From the NCBI GenBank assembly GCA_000004985.1, contig GG738879.1: DNA of 64,000 nt; one strand, 5' to 3'. The stretch is from Naegleria gruberi (Eukaryota). Positions 11,311 to 21,851 of this stretch are shown piece after piece. Under the pieces are notes generated by a model, which had not been told where the DNA came from, ran no database searches, and worked only from the letters and a program-made list of their open reading frames with translations. A program made the translations under genes and the position numbers. Every line of letters begins with the position of its first letter. The first letter of the stretch is position 1.

Positions 11311-11638
11311 ACAATATAAACTTTGTTTTTTTTCTTTTGATATTGATATACAGTTATCAGTAAGGGCCGAGCGAAAATGTGGTTCTTTCAGTTGGTGGCA
11401 GTTTGGTAATCCTTATTCTCCAACTTGCCTATTTTTGTTGAAATATGTGAGTAGTGTGTTTGTTGTTGAAAACTTGGAAGCGAACTGAATTGTAATAAGT
11501 AACATGAACATTATATTTACAATGTCTCGATAACCATTAAGGTTTCAAGTAGGTTTTATAATCAATGTACAATATTGGATCAATAATTTGATTCCATAAA
11601 AAAGAATACAATAGATATTTGAATTAGATGTTGTAAAA

Positions 11639-12340
11639 TTACTCAACTTCTTCCAAATAATCTTTAACTTCAGCTGGTGTCAAAACACGGAAAAGCTTAT
11701 CCTTTCCAACAATACCAATTTCAATATTCTTACTGTTGATTTGTCCATCAAAACCTTCTTTCAAGGTTAAAATAGCTGTGTGAATAGCATCTTCCAATTC
11801 AATATCAGAGGAATAACGCTTTTCCAAAAATGTATTAGCATTGACCATGTTCTTTCCAATTGCTGAAGCTTTCCAAGCCCAATATGATCCACTAGGATCA
11901 ACTTGATACAAATGTGGACCAGTATCATCAAAACCAGCAATTAATAAACTCACTCCAAATGGTCTGACACCACCACTTTGTGTGTATTCTTGCATCACTG
12001 AGGCAAGATGTTTGACTAATTGAGAGACTGGAATACGTTCCTTATAAATTCTATAGTATTCTTCGGCGTGTTTTCTTCCTTGTTTTGCCAGAACACGTGA
12101 ATCTGGACCCATTCCACTGTAAACCATTCCAATATGATCAGTGAGTGGAGTAACCTTTTGAAGAGAATTATGATCAACAAGTGGAGAAGGAAGCTTCTTT
12201 TCAGTTGCAACTACAACACCATTTGTTGCTTTTATAGCCAAAGATGTACTACCAGCCTGTACTGCATTAAGAGCATATTCGATTTGTACAAGTTTTCCGG
12301 AAGGTGAAAATGTAGTTAATGAAAATGATGTATCAGACAT
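11639..12340 (-). CDS. PSMA2: 20S proteasome subunit alpha type-2
   Basis: 233-aa intronless ORF. Begins [27 protein letters not shown], typical of the alpha-2 N-terminus. Proteasome alpha signature throughout. Confidence 0.93.
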   Translation of the reverse strand: MSDTSFSLTTFSPSGKLVQIEYALNAVQAGSTSLAIKATNGVVVATEKKLPSPLVDHNSLQKVTPLTDHIGMVYSGMGPDSRVLAKQGRKHAEEYYRIYKERIPVSQLVKHLASVMQEYTQSGGVRPFGVSLLIAGFDDTGPHLYQVDPSGSYWAWKASAIGKNMVNANTFLEKRYSSDIELEDAIHTAILTLKEGFDGQINSKNIEIGIVGKDKLFRVLTPAEVKDYLEEVE

Positions 12341-12635
12341 TTTTTATGATTGATTAAACTAAAATATTTTATTGTATGAATTAAAAATAGCACATTTTTG
12401 CGGTCAAGTAAAAAAGACTTGGTACAGCTGGATACAAATGTTTGATACTATGTGCTAATTCTGAAATAAAATTAGCATGTGTTGTTTTTTTGTTTTAATG
12501 TTAATTGGTTCATCATCACTAGCAGGATGAGTAAGCTGTAGATTTACAATGCATCTTTTCCGGAAGGTGAAAATGTATTTAATGAAAATGGATGTTCTCA
12601 AGACGTTTCTGTACCAACCTCATCAACAATAAAAA

Positions 12636-14200
12636 ATGGCTCCAATACCAGAGTTAGAGGATGATGGTTCACTTCATGATTCGGAGAGAGACGTTTCTAT
12701 GAAGGAAACACCTGCTCCTACAAGAAAGAAAAACCAAAGCCACAAGAGAAAGAGTACAGATGATGAAGCTGTAGAGGATGCTAAAAAGAGAAAATCAAAC
12801 CCTACGGAAGAGGAACAAACAATATTGGAAGAGGAAACTTTTAGAACGGATACACCTTTCCAATCTCCTGATGTTAGGAGAAAATCAACAGGATTAAGAA
12901 CTAAACCACAACAACTTAATCAACAAGTATTCGTAAATCGCAAACATAAAAGTGTGCCTAGTAATGTTTTGGATGCAAACACATCCTATCAAACCCCTAA
13001 GAAAACTAATATTGAAGCTGAAGTTCCCCCATCCATTTCAACATTCATTCCAGAGAAACAATTCGCTATTTCAAGAAATAAGGCATCTAAAACGGGCACT
13101 TACACTATTTTAGCATCTCTAGTAGCTATTATTTCTATTGTATATTTAATATACGTTCAATATGTAACATTAGATATTCCTAAAACTAACGTAACTGAAG
13201 AAAGTAACTTATCCAATAATACTCAAAACTCTGCTCCAATAATTAAGTACTTTTATGTAACTAACAATGTTACTAGTAATGTAAATCACTCTGAAATCTT
13301 TGAAAAATTAATTGAAAAACATTCAAAACAATTCAAAAATAATATGCTAGATTTAATTGATACTAGATTGTATGAATTAGAAAGAAAGCTCAATAATAAT
13401 ATTAGAAGTTCAATCTCAAGCTCATCTGTTTCAGTGAAGAAGGAACAACAAAAAGAATTGGAAAAATTGAAAGAATCTCTTTTATCTAAAATATCAACAG
13501 AAGTTGACATTATTTTAAGTCAAAAACTCAAATCCATTAATGATATCAACGAACAATCAATCAGCGAAATCAAAGGAAGACTAGATACTATCATACCAGG
13601 TGTTAAGAATTTGATTGATGAATCTCTTGATAAATATGATGCTGACAAGATTGGTTTGACAGATTATGCACTCAGTAGTCTTGGTTCAAAGATTGTTGAA
13701 CATTCTCCAACTTATTCACCATCAAAGTTTTGGCCTCAACTCTTTGTTCCTGTAAAGACACCCGACATGATAATCAAACCAGATACAACTATTGGTAATT
13801 GTTGGCCTATGAAAGGATCTAGTGGTTTTGTTGTTATTGAAATAGCTCATTCTATTATTCCAACCTCTTTTTCAATTGATCACGTTCCAAAAGCTCTTTC
13901 TCCAAATATTTCATCTGCTCCTAAACAAATTTCAGTCTTTGGATATGAAAATGAAACTACCTTAACTAAGCTGTCTGCATTTGAGTATGATGTTCATGGC
14001 TCTCCTACCCAAACCTTCCCAGGTAAGCATTATTTTTGTTTTGAATTGTTTTACCTTATTTTTATTTAGTAAATGAAAGTACAAATAAGAAATATAACAA
14101 ATTCAGATTCCAAATCAGTGGTAACTATGGAAATAGTTTTTATACATGCATTTACAGATTCAGAATTCATGGTGACTCACAAGCTATGATGTTACATTAA
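12636..14200 (+). CDS. SUN-domain (Sad1/UNC-84) inner nuclear membrane protein. Exons 12636-14022 and 14070-14200 (47-nt intron GTAAGC...TTTATTTAG).
   Basis: K/S-rich N-terminus, one TM segment (YTILASLVAIISIVYLIYVQY), coiled-coil, then a SUN domain (FWPQLF...GNCWPMKGSSGFVVIEIA). After splicing the C-terminus reads ...GNYGNSFYTCIYRFRIHGD, matching the conserved SUN C-terminal motif YTC(L/I)YRFR(V/I)HG. Confidence 0.85.
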
Positions 14201-14249
14201 AATTGCTCAACTGAAAGCCAAGTCTGGCTTTAATAAAAATCTTTAAAAA

Positions 14250-14977
14250 ATGAACGAAAGTGATAAAACTTTTGCTGATGGCTTGATAAGAGTTTTGGAG
14301 GTTTGTGATCATTTGTACTTGTTAACATGACAATTCCGAAATAAAGCCTCTAACAACAGAATATGATTCAAAAGTGAAGGATATTCAAATCAGTCAAACT
14401 AAATTAGCTGAAGAAATAGATAGACTTGCAAAGAAATTAGATTCATGTAAAGAGGAAGCACAATTCGTTAACGTTGCTCCATACCTTCAAAAATTAGCAA
14501 ATTCAAGAAAACGTGTAATTAATATATCAACAACTCTAGGACACATATCCGATAGATTATCAAGATTGAACAAATTAGCAAAACAAAAGTATGTGTTAAT
14601 AATTCCTTACCTTTTAATCAAACAATCATAACAGATATCCAGAACTCGAACAACTTCGCCAACAACGTGAACGATTAAAACAACAGGGATCATCGGGTAA
14701 ACTTGTTGTCCAGCAACAATCTTCATCGTCTTCTGAAGTAGTGCCTGCAACAAGTACCACTACTCCATCTTCTACCACCGAGCAACAATCATCATCCACA
14801 ACAACACCAACCGAACAAACACCACCAGAACAATCCAGCACAACTCTGTCAAATGAAGATGAAACAACCAAATCAACTCCATCAACTTCCGAAGAAGCAC
14901 AAGATACTAATACCAACATTACAACTTCCTCTGCAACAACAGAAAACCCTGTTGAAGCTGTTGATCAGCAATAAATG
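14250..14977 (+). CDS. SNAPIN: Snapin homologue (BLOC-1/BORC subunit) with a C-terminal Ser/Thr/Gln-rich extension. Exons about 14250-14300, 14380-14588, 14635-14977.
   Basis: Exon 2 encodes AEEIDRLAKKLDSCKEEAQFVNVAPYLQKLANSRKRVINISTTLGHISDRLSRLN, closely matching the Snapin core (DLDPYVKKLLNARRRVVLVNNILQNAQERLRRLN). Proposed first exon MNESDKTFADGLIRVLE resembles the Snapin N-terminal DLFAEGLLEFL. The acceptor chosen for exon 2 is weak, so the start and first intron are uncertain. Intron 2 is 14589-14634 (GTATGT...AACAG). Confidence 0.65.
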
Positions 14978-15018
14978 GACTTTGCCGCCAAAAACATTTA
15001 CGTTTTTATCATCAAAAA

Positions 15019-17335
15019 ATGCAAACAGTGCATAAACTCAAGTCAATCAAACAATTACGAGAGAATCAACCCTACAGTGGTTTACTATTGGAATGTATTC
15101 CCAATCCTGTAATTTTTGAATACTATGAGGAGTTTGGAAAATATGAAATGGTATTGGAGATTTTAAATAGATCTGCAATACCTACAGCAATCCGACAAAA
15201 ATCAAATTCTTCCAAATATTTCAAAGTGAGAAGAGTGGATGCTAGTGAGGGTAAAATTGCTCCAGGATTATCAGCCAAATTCTTAGTATCTTTTTTCCCT
15301 GATTCACTTCTGGATTTTACTGATGAAATAACATTTATCAGTGCATCCAAAGATGAAGTAGTTTTACCACTTCTAGGGAGAAGGAAAAGACCTTTACTTA
15401 CCCTTCCGAGAATAATTAATCTAGGTTATTGTTTAACAGGAACTGAAATTAGCAAGCAAATAGTGTGTAAAAATCAAGGAGGAAAAGGAAAATTTATATT
15501 TCAACAAGAATACTCGGATCAAACAAACATCAAATTCCTTTTCTCAACACAAAATGAATTTGAGAAGGATATGGAAATTGTGGAAAAAGCACCATTTTTC
15601 GTTTCCCCAAAGTATTTCAGCCTTAATGAAGAAGAAGAGGCGCTCGTGACAGTTACCTTTAGACCAGAAGTAGTAGGGGAACAAAGCCAATCAATATTTA
15701 TTATATTTGACAATGAGCAGGTATTTGAAATTCAATTAGTAGCTGAGGCTCAATATCCTAGGATTAATCTTTGCTCAATGGCAAAGAGAAAAGACTTCTT
15801 ACCAGAAAGAGATTCAACTCTATTGTGTTTTGAAACAGTCTATCCATATCAAAAATCAGAATCCCAATTACTTACTCATTACAATAGCAGTGATGTGTCA
15901 GTTGAATTCGAGTGGAGATATATCAATGAATACGCTGACACTCCAATCTCATCGAATGGGATTAATCTTCCTTTCATGGTTAAACCAAGTATTGGAAAGA
16001 TTAAACCAAGAAGTTGTATGGCATTTGAAGTTACATTTACCCCTCAGTCATTGGGAGTATTCTCGGGATACTTCATTCTGTTTGTAAATAATGTACCTTT
16101 GCCGGTTTCCTCTGACCACCCTTATTTTTATTACTTTAAATCGGGATTTTCATGGTTTAGAGACAGTATTCTAAATTCTCTAAAGACCTCTGATCCTCTC
16201 AGATACTTTACCCCTTACAGCTCTGAGGTTGCTGAAATTGAGAATGAATCAAAAGCAATTGCCTTAGGAGAGTCAAACTTGGTTAGTTTTGGTTCTGTAC
16301 CAGTGTTTCATTGTAGACTATTTGGTGACACAAAGAAATTGGAGGTAACTCTAAATCCACCAATTATCAATTTGAGCAATAGTATTTTTATTGGGGAAAT
16401 TGTGGAAAAACAAGTGGTGATTGTGAATAGTTCTGATTTTGATGCTTATTTTAGATGGCTTGTTTGTGAGGAGGATGATGGTCTAAAGACAGAATTTGAT
16501 CCTCCTAGTGGAGTTATAGGGCCAAAAGAAAGAGTTCCAATTAAGATTTTCATTTCATGTTCAAAGCCTCAAGCATTCAACCTTTCTTGCATTTGTGAAA
16601 TTGCAAACTCCGAAGAAATAGAGCTACTGTTAAGAGGAGAAAGCAAGCCTCAGACTTTAAGAATTGACACACCATGTCTAGATATGGGGATAATTGAAAC
16701 TGGAAAAGTTGTTACCGATTGTGTGCAGATAACAAACACTTCTTCCTTAGATTTAAATTGGGCTTGTTCAACAATAGAGAATAATGCTGTCACAGTTATT
16801 CCATTCGAGGGATGCTTGCCAATAGGTAAAAGTTGTCTTGTAAACGTAAGAGTTAAGTCAGCTTATCCTCAATTCATTCAACAAATATTACGATTCGATG
16901 TTGAAAATGGAATTTCTCAATATGTTGGTCTTAACGCCGAAATCCAATCACCTCAAGTGGTATTGGAGGAATATTTCTTTAATGTTGGAGAAATAACAAT
17001 TGGCGAGTAAGTATTTATTGTTTTTGTTTGTTACTCACAACATTTTCAGTGTTGTCACAAGAACTATTAGAATGAAAAGCGTTTCTAGCATTAGTACTGA
17101 ATTCTGCTGGTATGATCTCAAATTAATAGAAGACAGACCATACGAAATAGAATTCATAAATGAGAAAGGAAAATTGCAATTGGGAGAGGAAGCCGAAACA
17201 ATTATAGAAATAAGAGCAATTGCAAAAGCAGCATTATTCGAAGAACTTTTCCCATGTTTTCTTCAAGATAGCAAAGATAATTATTTTGGAATCAAGATAG
17301 TAGGAAGTATAAAGGAAGAAAATACACTAGATTAG
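15019..17335 (+). CDS. CFAP221/PCDP1-like flagellar (central-apparatus) protein with ASH/MSP-type Ig-fold repeats. Exons 15019-17006 and 17050-17335.
   Basis: N-terminal region (PGLSAKFLVSFFPDSLLDFTDEITFISASKDEVVLPLLG) fits the ASH-domain pattern of PCDP1/CFAP221 (PGLS..V.V.F.PD....D.I.V......L.P). Repeated beta-sandwich-like segments follow. 43-nt intron GTAAGTATTT...TTTTCAG preserves frame into ORF 17000-17335. Confidence 0.55.
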
Positions 17336-17350
17336 ATTATGAGGTAATTG

Positions 17351-18397
17351 TTATATATTTTGTCCTGAAAAAGGTGAAATGAATTGGCCTTGAATAATCA
17401 AAGAATCCTCAGTACTAAACAAATATCCATTCGTATGTTTTGTTGGTGGAGCGAGTGATGTCGTAATTGAAAATGAAACAATATATTCACTCAGTGAAAG
17501 TGTTTTCTCATCTTTTGTTAGCGAAACTCCCACTAAATCAATAAGAGGATGCAAGGCAATTGTGAATAAATCAATATTACAATAGCCAAGCAGTTCATCC
17601 TCTTTTTTATCTTTCGTTTTCTCGAATACTCTAATACTAACATAATCCTTAGTCAGATCCGAAATCATTGACTTGCTCGGAATAATTAAATTTGTGAAAT
17701 GTTCATCAGCACTACTTGCTTCCTCCATCTCTAGTAAGTCCGAGATTGAAACGCTGGATCTCATTAGTTTTTTAGAAGTTACTTTGTCATAAACAAACTC
17801 CACATCACAGTCTTTCCACTCAAGAAATTCATTCTTGGTTAATAGAGGGAGCTTGTAGCAAAAATTGGAAAATTCATCACCTTGGTTAAGTTGGGCAATT
17901 ATATAAAGTTCAGAGGATGGACTTGCTGTTTGAGCTTCCTCTTTGATATTCAGTAATTTCAAATCTCCAACTGATATATATTTAAATGGCTTGATTGGCT
18001 TCGTACTAGTGTGTTGACTTTCATGACTATCTGCAATATAAGATGAATAGTATCTTGGTGTTTTTTGATTTTGAGGAAGTAATTGAGAGTCAATAATATT
18101 ATTTAATTCCTCTTCATCTTCATCAGATTCTGTATCCTTTGGAGGTTCAATTATTTCTTCAGTCCCCTTCTTTTTCCTTCTAAAACTAAGAAAACTCCTT
18201 CTTTTCTTTTTTTCAACCGTTGATGTGCTATCAAGACTTTTTCTTGTAGGTTCAATGGTATCATGAGCTGATGGGACGTCCAAGCTTTGTCTTTCCTCGA
18301 ATCGGACCGAATTATTATTGTTGTTATTATTTCCTTCATTCGGAATGTCCTTGTTTTTTTTAGACTTTTTCTTTAAACCTAATATTCCTCGAATCAT
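17351..18397 (-). CDS. Hypothetical protein (348 aa), poly-Asn and basic N-terminus
   Basis: Uninterrupted ORF with coding-like composition. No family recognised by eye. Confidence 0.55.
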   Translation of the reverse strand: MIRGILGLKKKSKKNKDIPNEGNNNNNNNSVRFEERQSLDVPSAHDTIEPTRKSLDSTSTVEKKKRRSFLSFRRKKKGTEEIIEPPKDTESDEDEEELNNIIDSQLLPQNQKTPRYYSSYIADSHESQHTSTKPIKPFKYISVGDLKLLNIKEEAQTASPSSELYIIAQLNQGDEFSNFCYKLPLLTKNEFLEWKDCDVEFVYDKVTSKKLMRSSVSISDLLEMEEASSADEHFTNLIIPSKSMISDLTKDYVSIRVFEKTKDKKEDELLGYCNIDLFTIALHPLIDLVGVSLTKDEKTLSLSEYIVSFSITTSLAPPTKHTNGYLFSTEDSLIIQGQFISPFSGQNI

Positions 18398-18828
18398 TCT
18401 TGTTTATTGTTTTTTATTGTCATTAAAATTGAAAGATTGCTTCCTCCGTTGTGTTGATGTTGTTGATGATTGATCTATTTTTTTTGATTATCTTTTTGGT
18501 GACCGTTTTGGCTTCTAATGATGGTTCTGATTTTTGCTTTGAGCAGTTGAACAAGTGCGAACAAAACCTATCAGTATCAATGCATGTTGGTCGTCACTTC
18601 GACATTGTCAAAAAGGAAGGCCTTTGGATTTCAAATTGATGAAGACTATTTGTTTACTAGAAATCAATTCTCAACCAACTATTGAATACAATTTAGTATT
18701 TTCAGGAAGCTTATTGATTTTGGCGCAAAAAGAATAAAATTTGGCGGGAACAAACTACAAAAAAATACAAACAAAAGCTTTGCTCACTTTTTCTCCAAGT
18801 AAATAACACAAACATCATCAAATCGAGA

Positions 18829-20852
18829 ATGAGTCAAGTTTGTTATAAGAATCGTAAAGGAGATGCGGAGGATGAATTTTCGAGGTTTTCTTCCTTCACT
18901 CTTGACCATACAACACTTCGGAAGTTGTTAGTAAATTATGGTGAATATCCTTCAAAATATAGAATGCTAATTTGGAGGTTTTTATTGAATATTCCTGAAA
19001 ACAAAGAGTCCTTTGAAGTACTCTACTCTAAGGGAATTCATTTTACTCAGTACAGCCTTCACAAACGATATCCAATAAGTAATTCATCAATATTTAGGAA
19101 AATACAGAGAATCATTTCAGCTATGGCAAATCTATCACCAATTTTTGGTGCCGTGGAATATTTGCCTGAATTAATATTTCCGTTCTTAAAAGTGTTCAAT
19201 CAAAGTAGCTCAACTATCTTCGAAATAGTATTAACATTCTTTGGTATGTAACAATACTTTAAAATTACGTATTAATTGATTGAATAGTTAATTGGGGAAA
19301 GGAATGGTTTGAATTCTTCCCTAATCCACCAGCAACTGTTCTTAACTATGTTGCTTCCTTGCTTCAAATTTATGACAATGACGTACTGGAGCATTTGTCA
19401 TCTCTTGGGGTGTCTTCTGCTTCTTTTGCTTGGCCAATGTTAAAAAGCTTATTTACTGAGCTCTTTACAACTGATCAATGGCTAAGAGTATTTGATCATA
19501 TATTTTCTAATCCTCCCTCTTTTATATTTATGTTTATTGTATCATATCTGAATTATTTTAGGAGAAGTCTTTTCCAAATTAAAGAAAGAAGAGAAGCAGA
19601 AAACTTCTTCCACAGTATTCACGCTTGTGATCTTGAAAAGATTCTAGCTTTTGCTTATGACATTCAAAAAACTCAATATGAAAGTTCTGTACAAAAGTTG
19701 ATTGCCAAATCATATGGTTCATTTAGTTTCTTGCCGAAAGGTCATTATAATATTTCTATTCGCTTTCCTGAATACTCTGTAGATTATCAATTAAAGCAAA
19801 GAGAAAGAATTGTAAAAAGTGAAGAGGATTTTGATAGAGCCAGAAACAATTATATTCAATTGAAAAAGCATAATGAGGAGTTTGAAATAGAGCATAGGAA
19901 CTGGTTAATAAGACAAAAAGCATTAATTGAAGTAAGCAAAACGCAAGAAGAAGCTTCAAAGAAAATGGAAAGAGAAATATTGGAGGAAAAAGAGAGAGTT
20001 AGACAAATGGAATTGGAGGAGCGCTTAAAAAATGTAGAATACTTGCAAGAAAGAAGAAAGATGTTAGCCAATTTACATGAGGCTGAATTGAATGCGAAGA
20101 CATTAAATCAACAAAGATACATGGAAAATCTAACAATTGACACACATAATGAGATCAAACACAAAATGACGGAAATGCAATTAGGGGAAATCGAAAAAAT
20201 GGAGCAAGCTAAATTGCAAGATATTGAGTGTTTCGTAAATCCTCCATCCAATTACTATTTTACAAAGAACCCATCTGCAACTTCACCAAGAAAACCAGAA
20301 ACTGTAAATATCAAACCACTTGCAAAAGAGGTTATTATCCCTGTATTTATCCCACCTGAACAGGCAAAACAGCCAGTTTCAGAAGCGATAACAAAGGACA
20401 CGACAGAGATTAACTCTCCTGAAATGTCAGAGCCGAATTCTAAAGAATCAAGTTTTGCAGATTGTCTTCAAGTGCATCTACTAGGAAATGAAATTAATTC
20501 CTTAGAAAAAGAAATAGAATCAACAGGAAAGAATCTGACTCCAAAAGATATCAAACTTCAGGCCATCATACAACCTGAAATCCCTCAAAAGAAAAAAGTG
20601 AAAAAAAAGAAAAAATTGGTAGAAAAGTCTAATGAACAAACATTAAAACAGAAGAAGAAAGAAGCATCTCCAAAAAAGGCTGTTACACTTCCTTCGCTCA
20701 AACAGATGAACTCACGAATGAGAAAACAAAACAAAAAGTATTACCAGAAAAGCAAAGGCAAGCAAAATCTCCAAAAAGAAAGAGCCCAAAGAAGAAGGAA
20801 ATCAAAGAAAGCAATCTTAAGGAGAAACCACAAGAAATGGTCACCCCGTTAG
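18829..20852 (+). CDS. TBC-domain Rab GTPase-activating protein with Lys/Glu-rich coiled-coil C-terminal half. Exons 18829-19243 and 19288-20852.
   Basis: TBC features (RMLIWRFLLNIPENKESFEVLYSKG ... WLRVFDHIF). 44-nt intron GTATGT...TTGAATAG joins the two ORF-track pieces in frame (…TFF-G|VNWGKEWFEFFPNPP…). Confidence 0.75.
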
Positions 20853-20981
20853 GTCATACTTCCCAAATTTCAACAAGTTCAAACTCATCCCAACCGGATG
20901 AGGATCGATTCAGATTATTACAAGAACAAATATCAAAACAAAAATCAGAGCTCAAAAAATCAGATAGGACTATGAAACATA

Positions 20982-21851
20982 TTGAATCGATTGCATCAAA
21001 CATTTCCAAACCATCAAGTAAATCCTTCAAACATTTCAAGGAGTATTTCATCATCCCCATCTATTGAGAGCTTAAAGAACACCAATGTTTTTAATAGGTT
21101 TGATTATTTAAAGAGCGTAGATTCTAGAGTTGATGATTTAATTCAAAAGAAGTTTAAGGAGTTTATTACAAGAAAGGTTGAACAACCAAGAGAAAAGAGT
21201 TTTAATGTTGAAGAGCAAAACCTTTCGTTCCCTACAAGCATATCAAACACAAACAGCGCATCAATACTTAACTCCTCTGCATCAACACAGTCACCAAATC
21301 CAACACGAAATAGCACTCTCAGAGGAACAATATCTGCCACTCTTAACCCAAGTTTTTCTCAAACTTCTTACTTGGCTCCTTCTTCATGTATTGATAAATC
21401 CAGTGACAATGAGAGCTCTTCAGATGTGAACTCTTTATTAAGACATAGTAGCGAATTTGAGACAACATCCTCTAAAAGAATGAACCTTTCTTCTGATTCA
21501 CATTTATACTCAGCATCCCCAAGATCCTATTCTGGAAGTTCAGGTTACAAATCGAAGACTACAACAGGTACATCCGGATCTCATGTAATTAATGCATATG
21601 TTTCCATTTCTGAAGCTCCTTATCATACCAAGACATCAGATGAAATAGTTAATGAGATTTCAGATACAAGAAGTATTGATGAATTACTTGAGAGTTTCAA
21701 CACGTCCTATCCTTCAATTTCAAGCAGTATAGAATCAATTAAGATCAAGCCACAAGACTATTCCTCCCTTGATCTAAGTTTTTTTAGTGACGAAGATGAA
21801 GTTACGACAAGTGTAAATACTTCAGCATTAATGACAGAAAAAGAATTTTAA
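20982..21851 (+). CDS. Ser/Thr-rich low-complexity protein (289 aa from a TTG-initiated ORF). Possibly a 3' continuation of the TBC gene or a separate gene.
   Basis: An 870-nt stop-free ORF in 65% AT DNA is unlikely by chance. No ATG at its 5' end. In the same frame as the TBC gene, but separated from it by stops; an intermediate +2-frame ORF (20636-21067) bridges them. Its stop codon overlaps the stop of the convergent cyclase gene. Confidence 0.45.
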   Translation: MNRLHQTFPNHQVNPSNISRSISSSPSIESLKNTNVFNRFDYLKSVDSRVDDLIQKKFKEFITRKVEQPREKSFNVEEQNLSFPTSISNTNSASILNSSASTQSPNPTRNSTLRGTISATLNPSFSQTSYLAPSSCIDKSSDNESSSDVNSLLRHSSEFETTSSKRMNLSSDSHLYSASPRSYSGSSGYKSKTTTGTSGSHVINAYVSISEAPYHTKTSDEIVNEISDTRSIDELLESFNTSYPSISSSIESIKIKPQDYSSLDLSFFSDEDEVTTSVNTSALMTEKEF

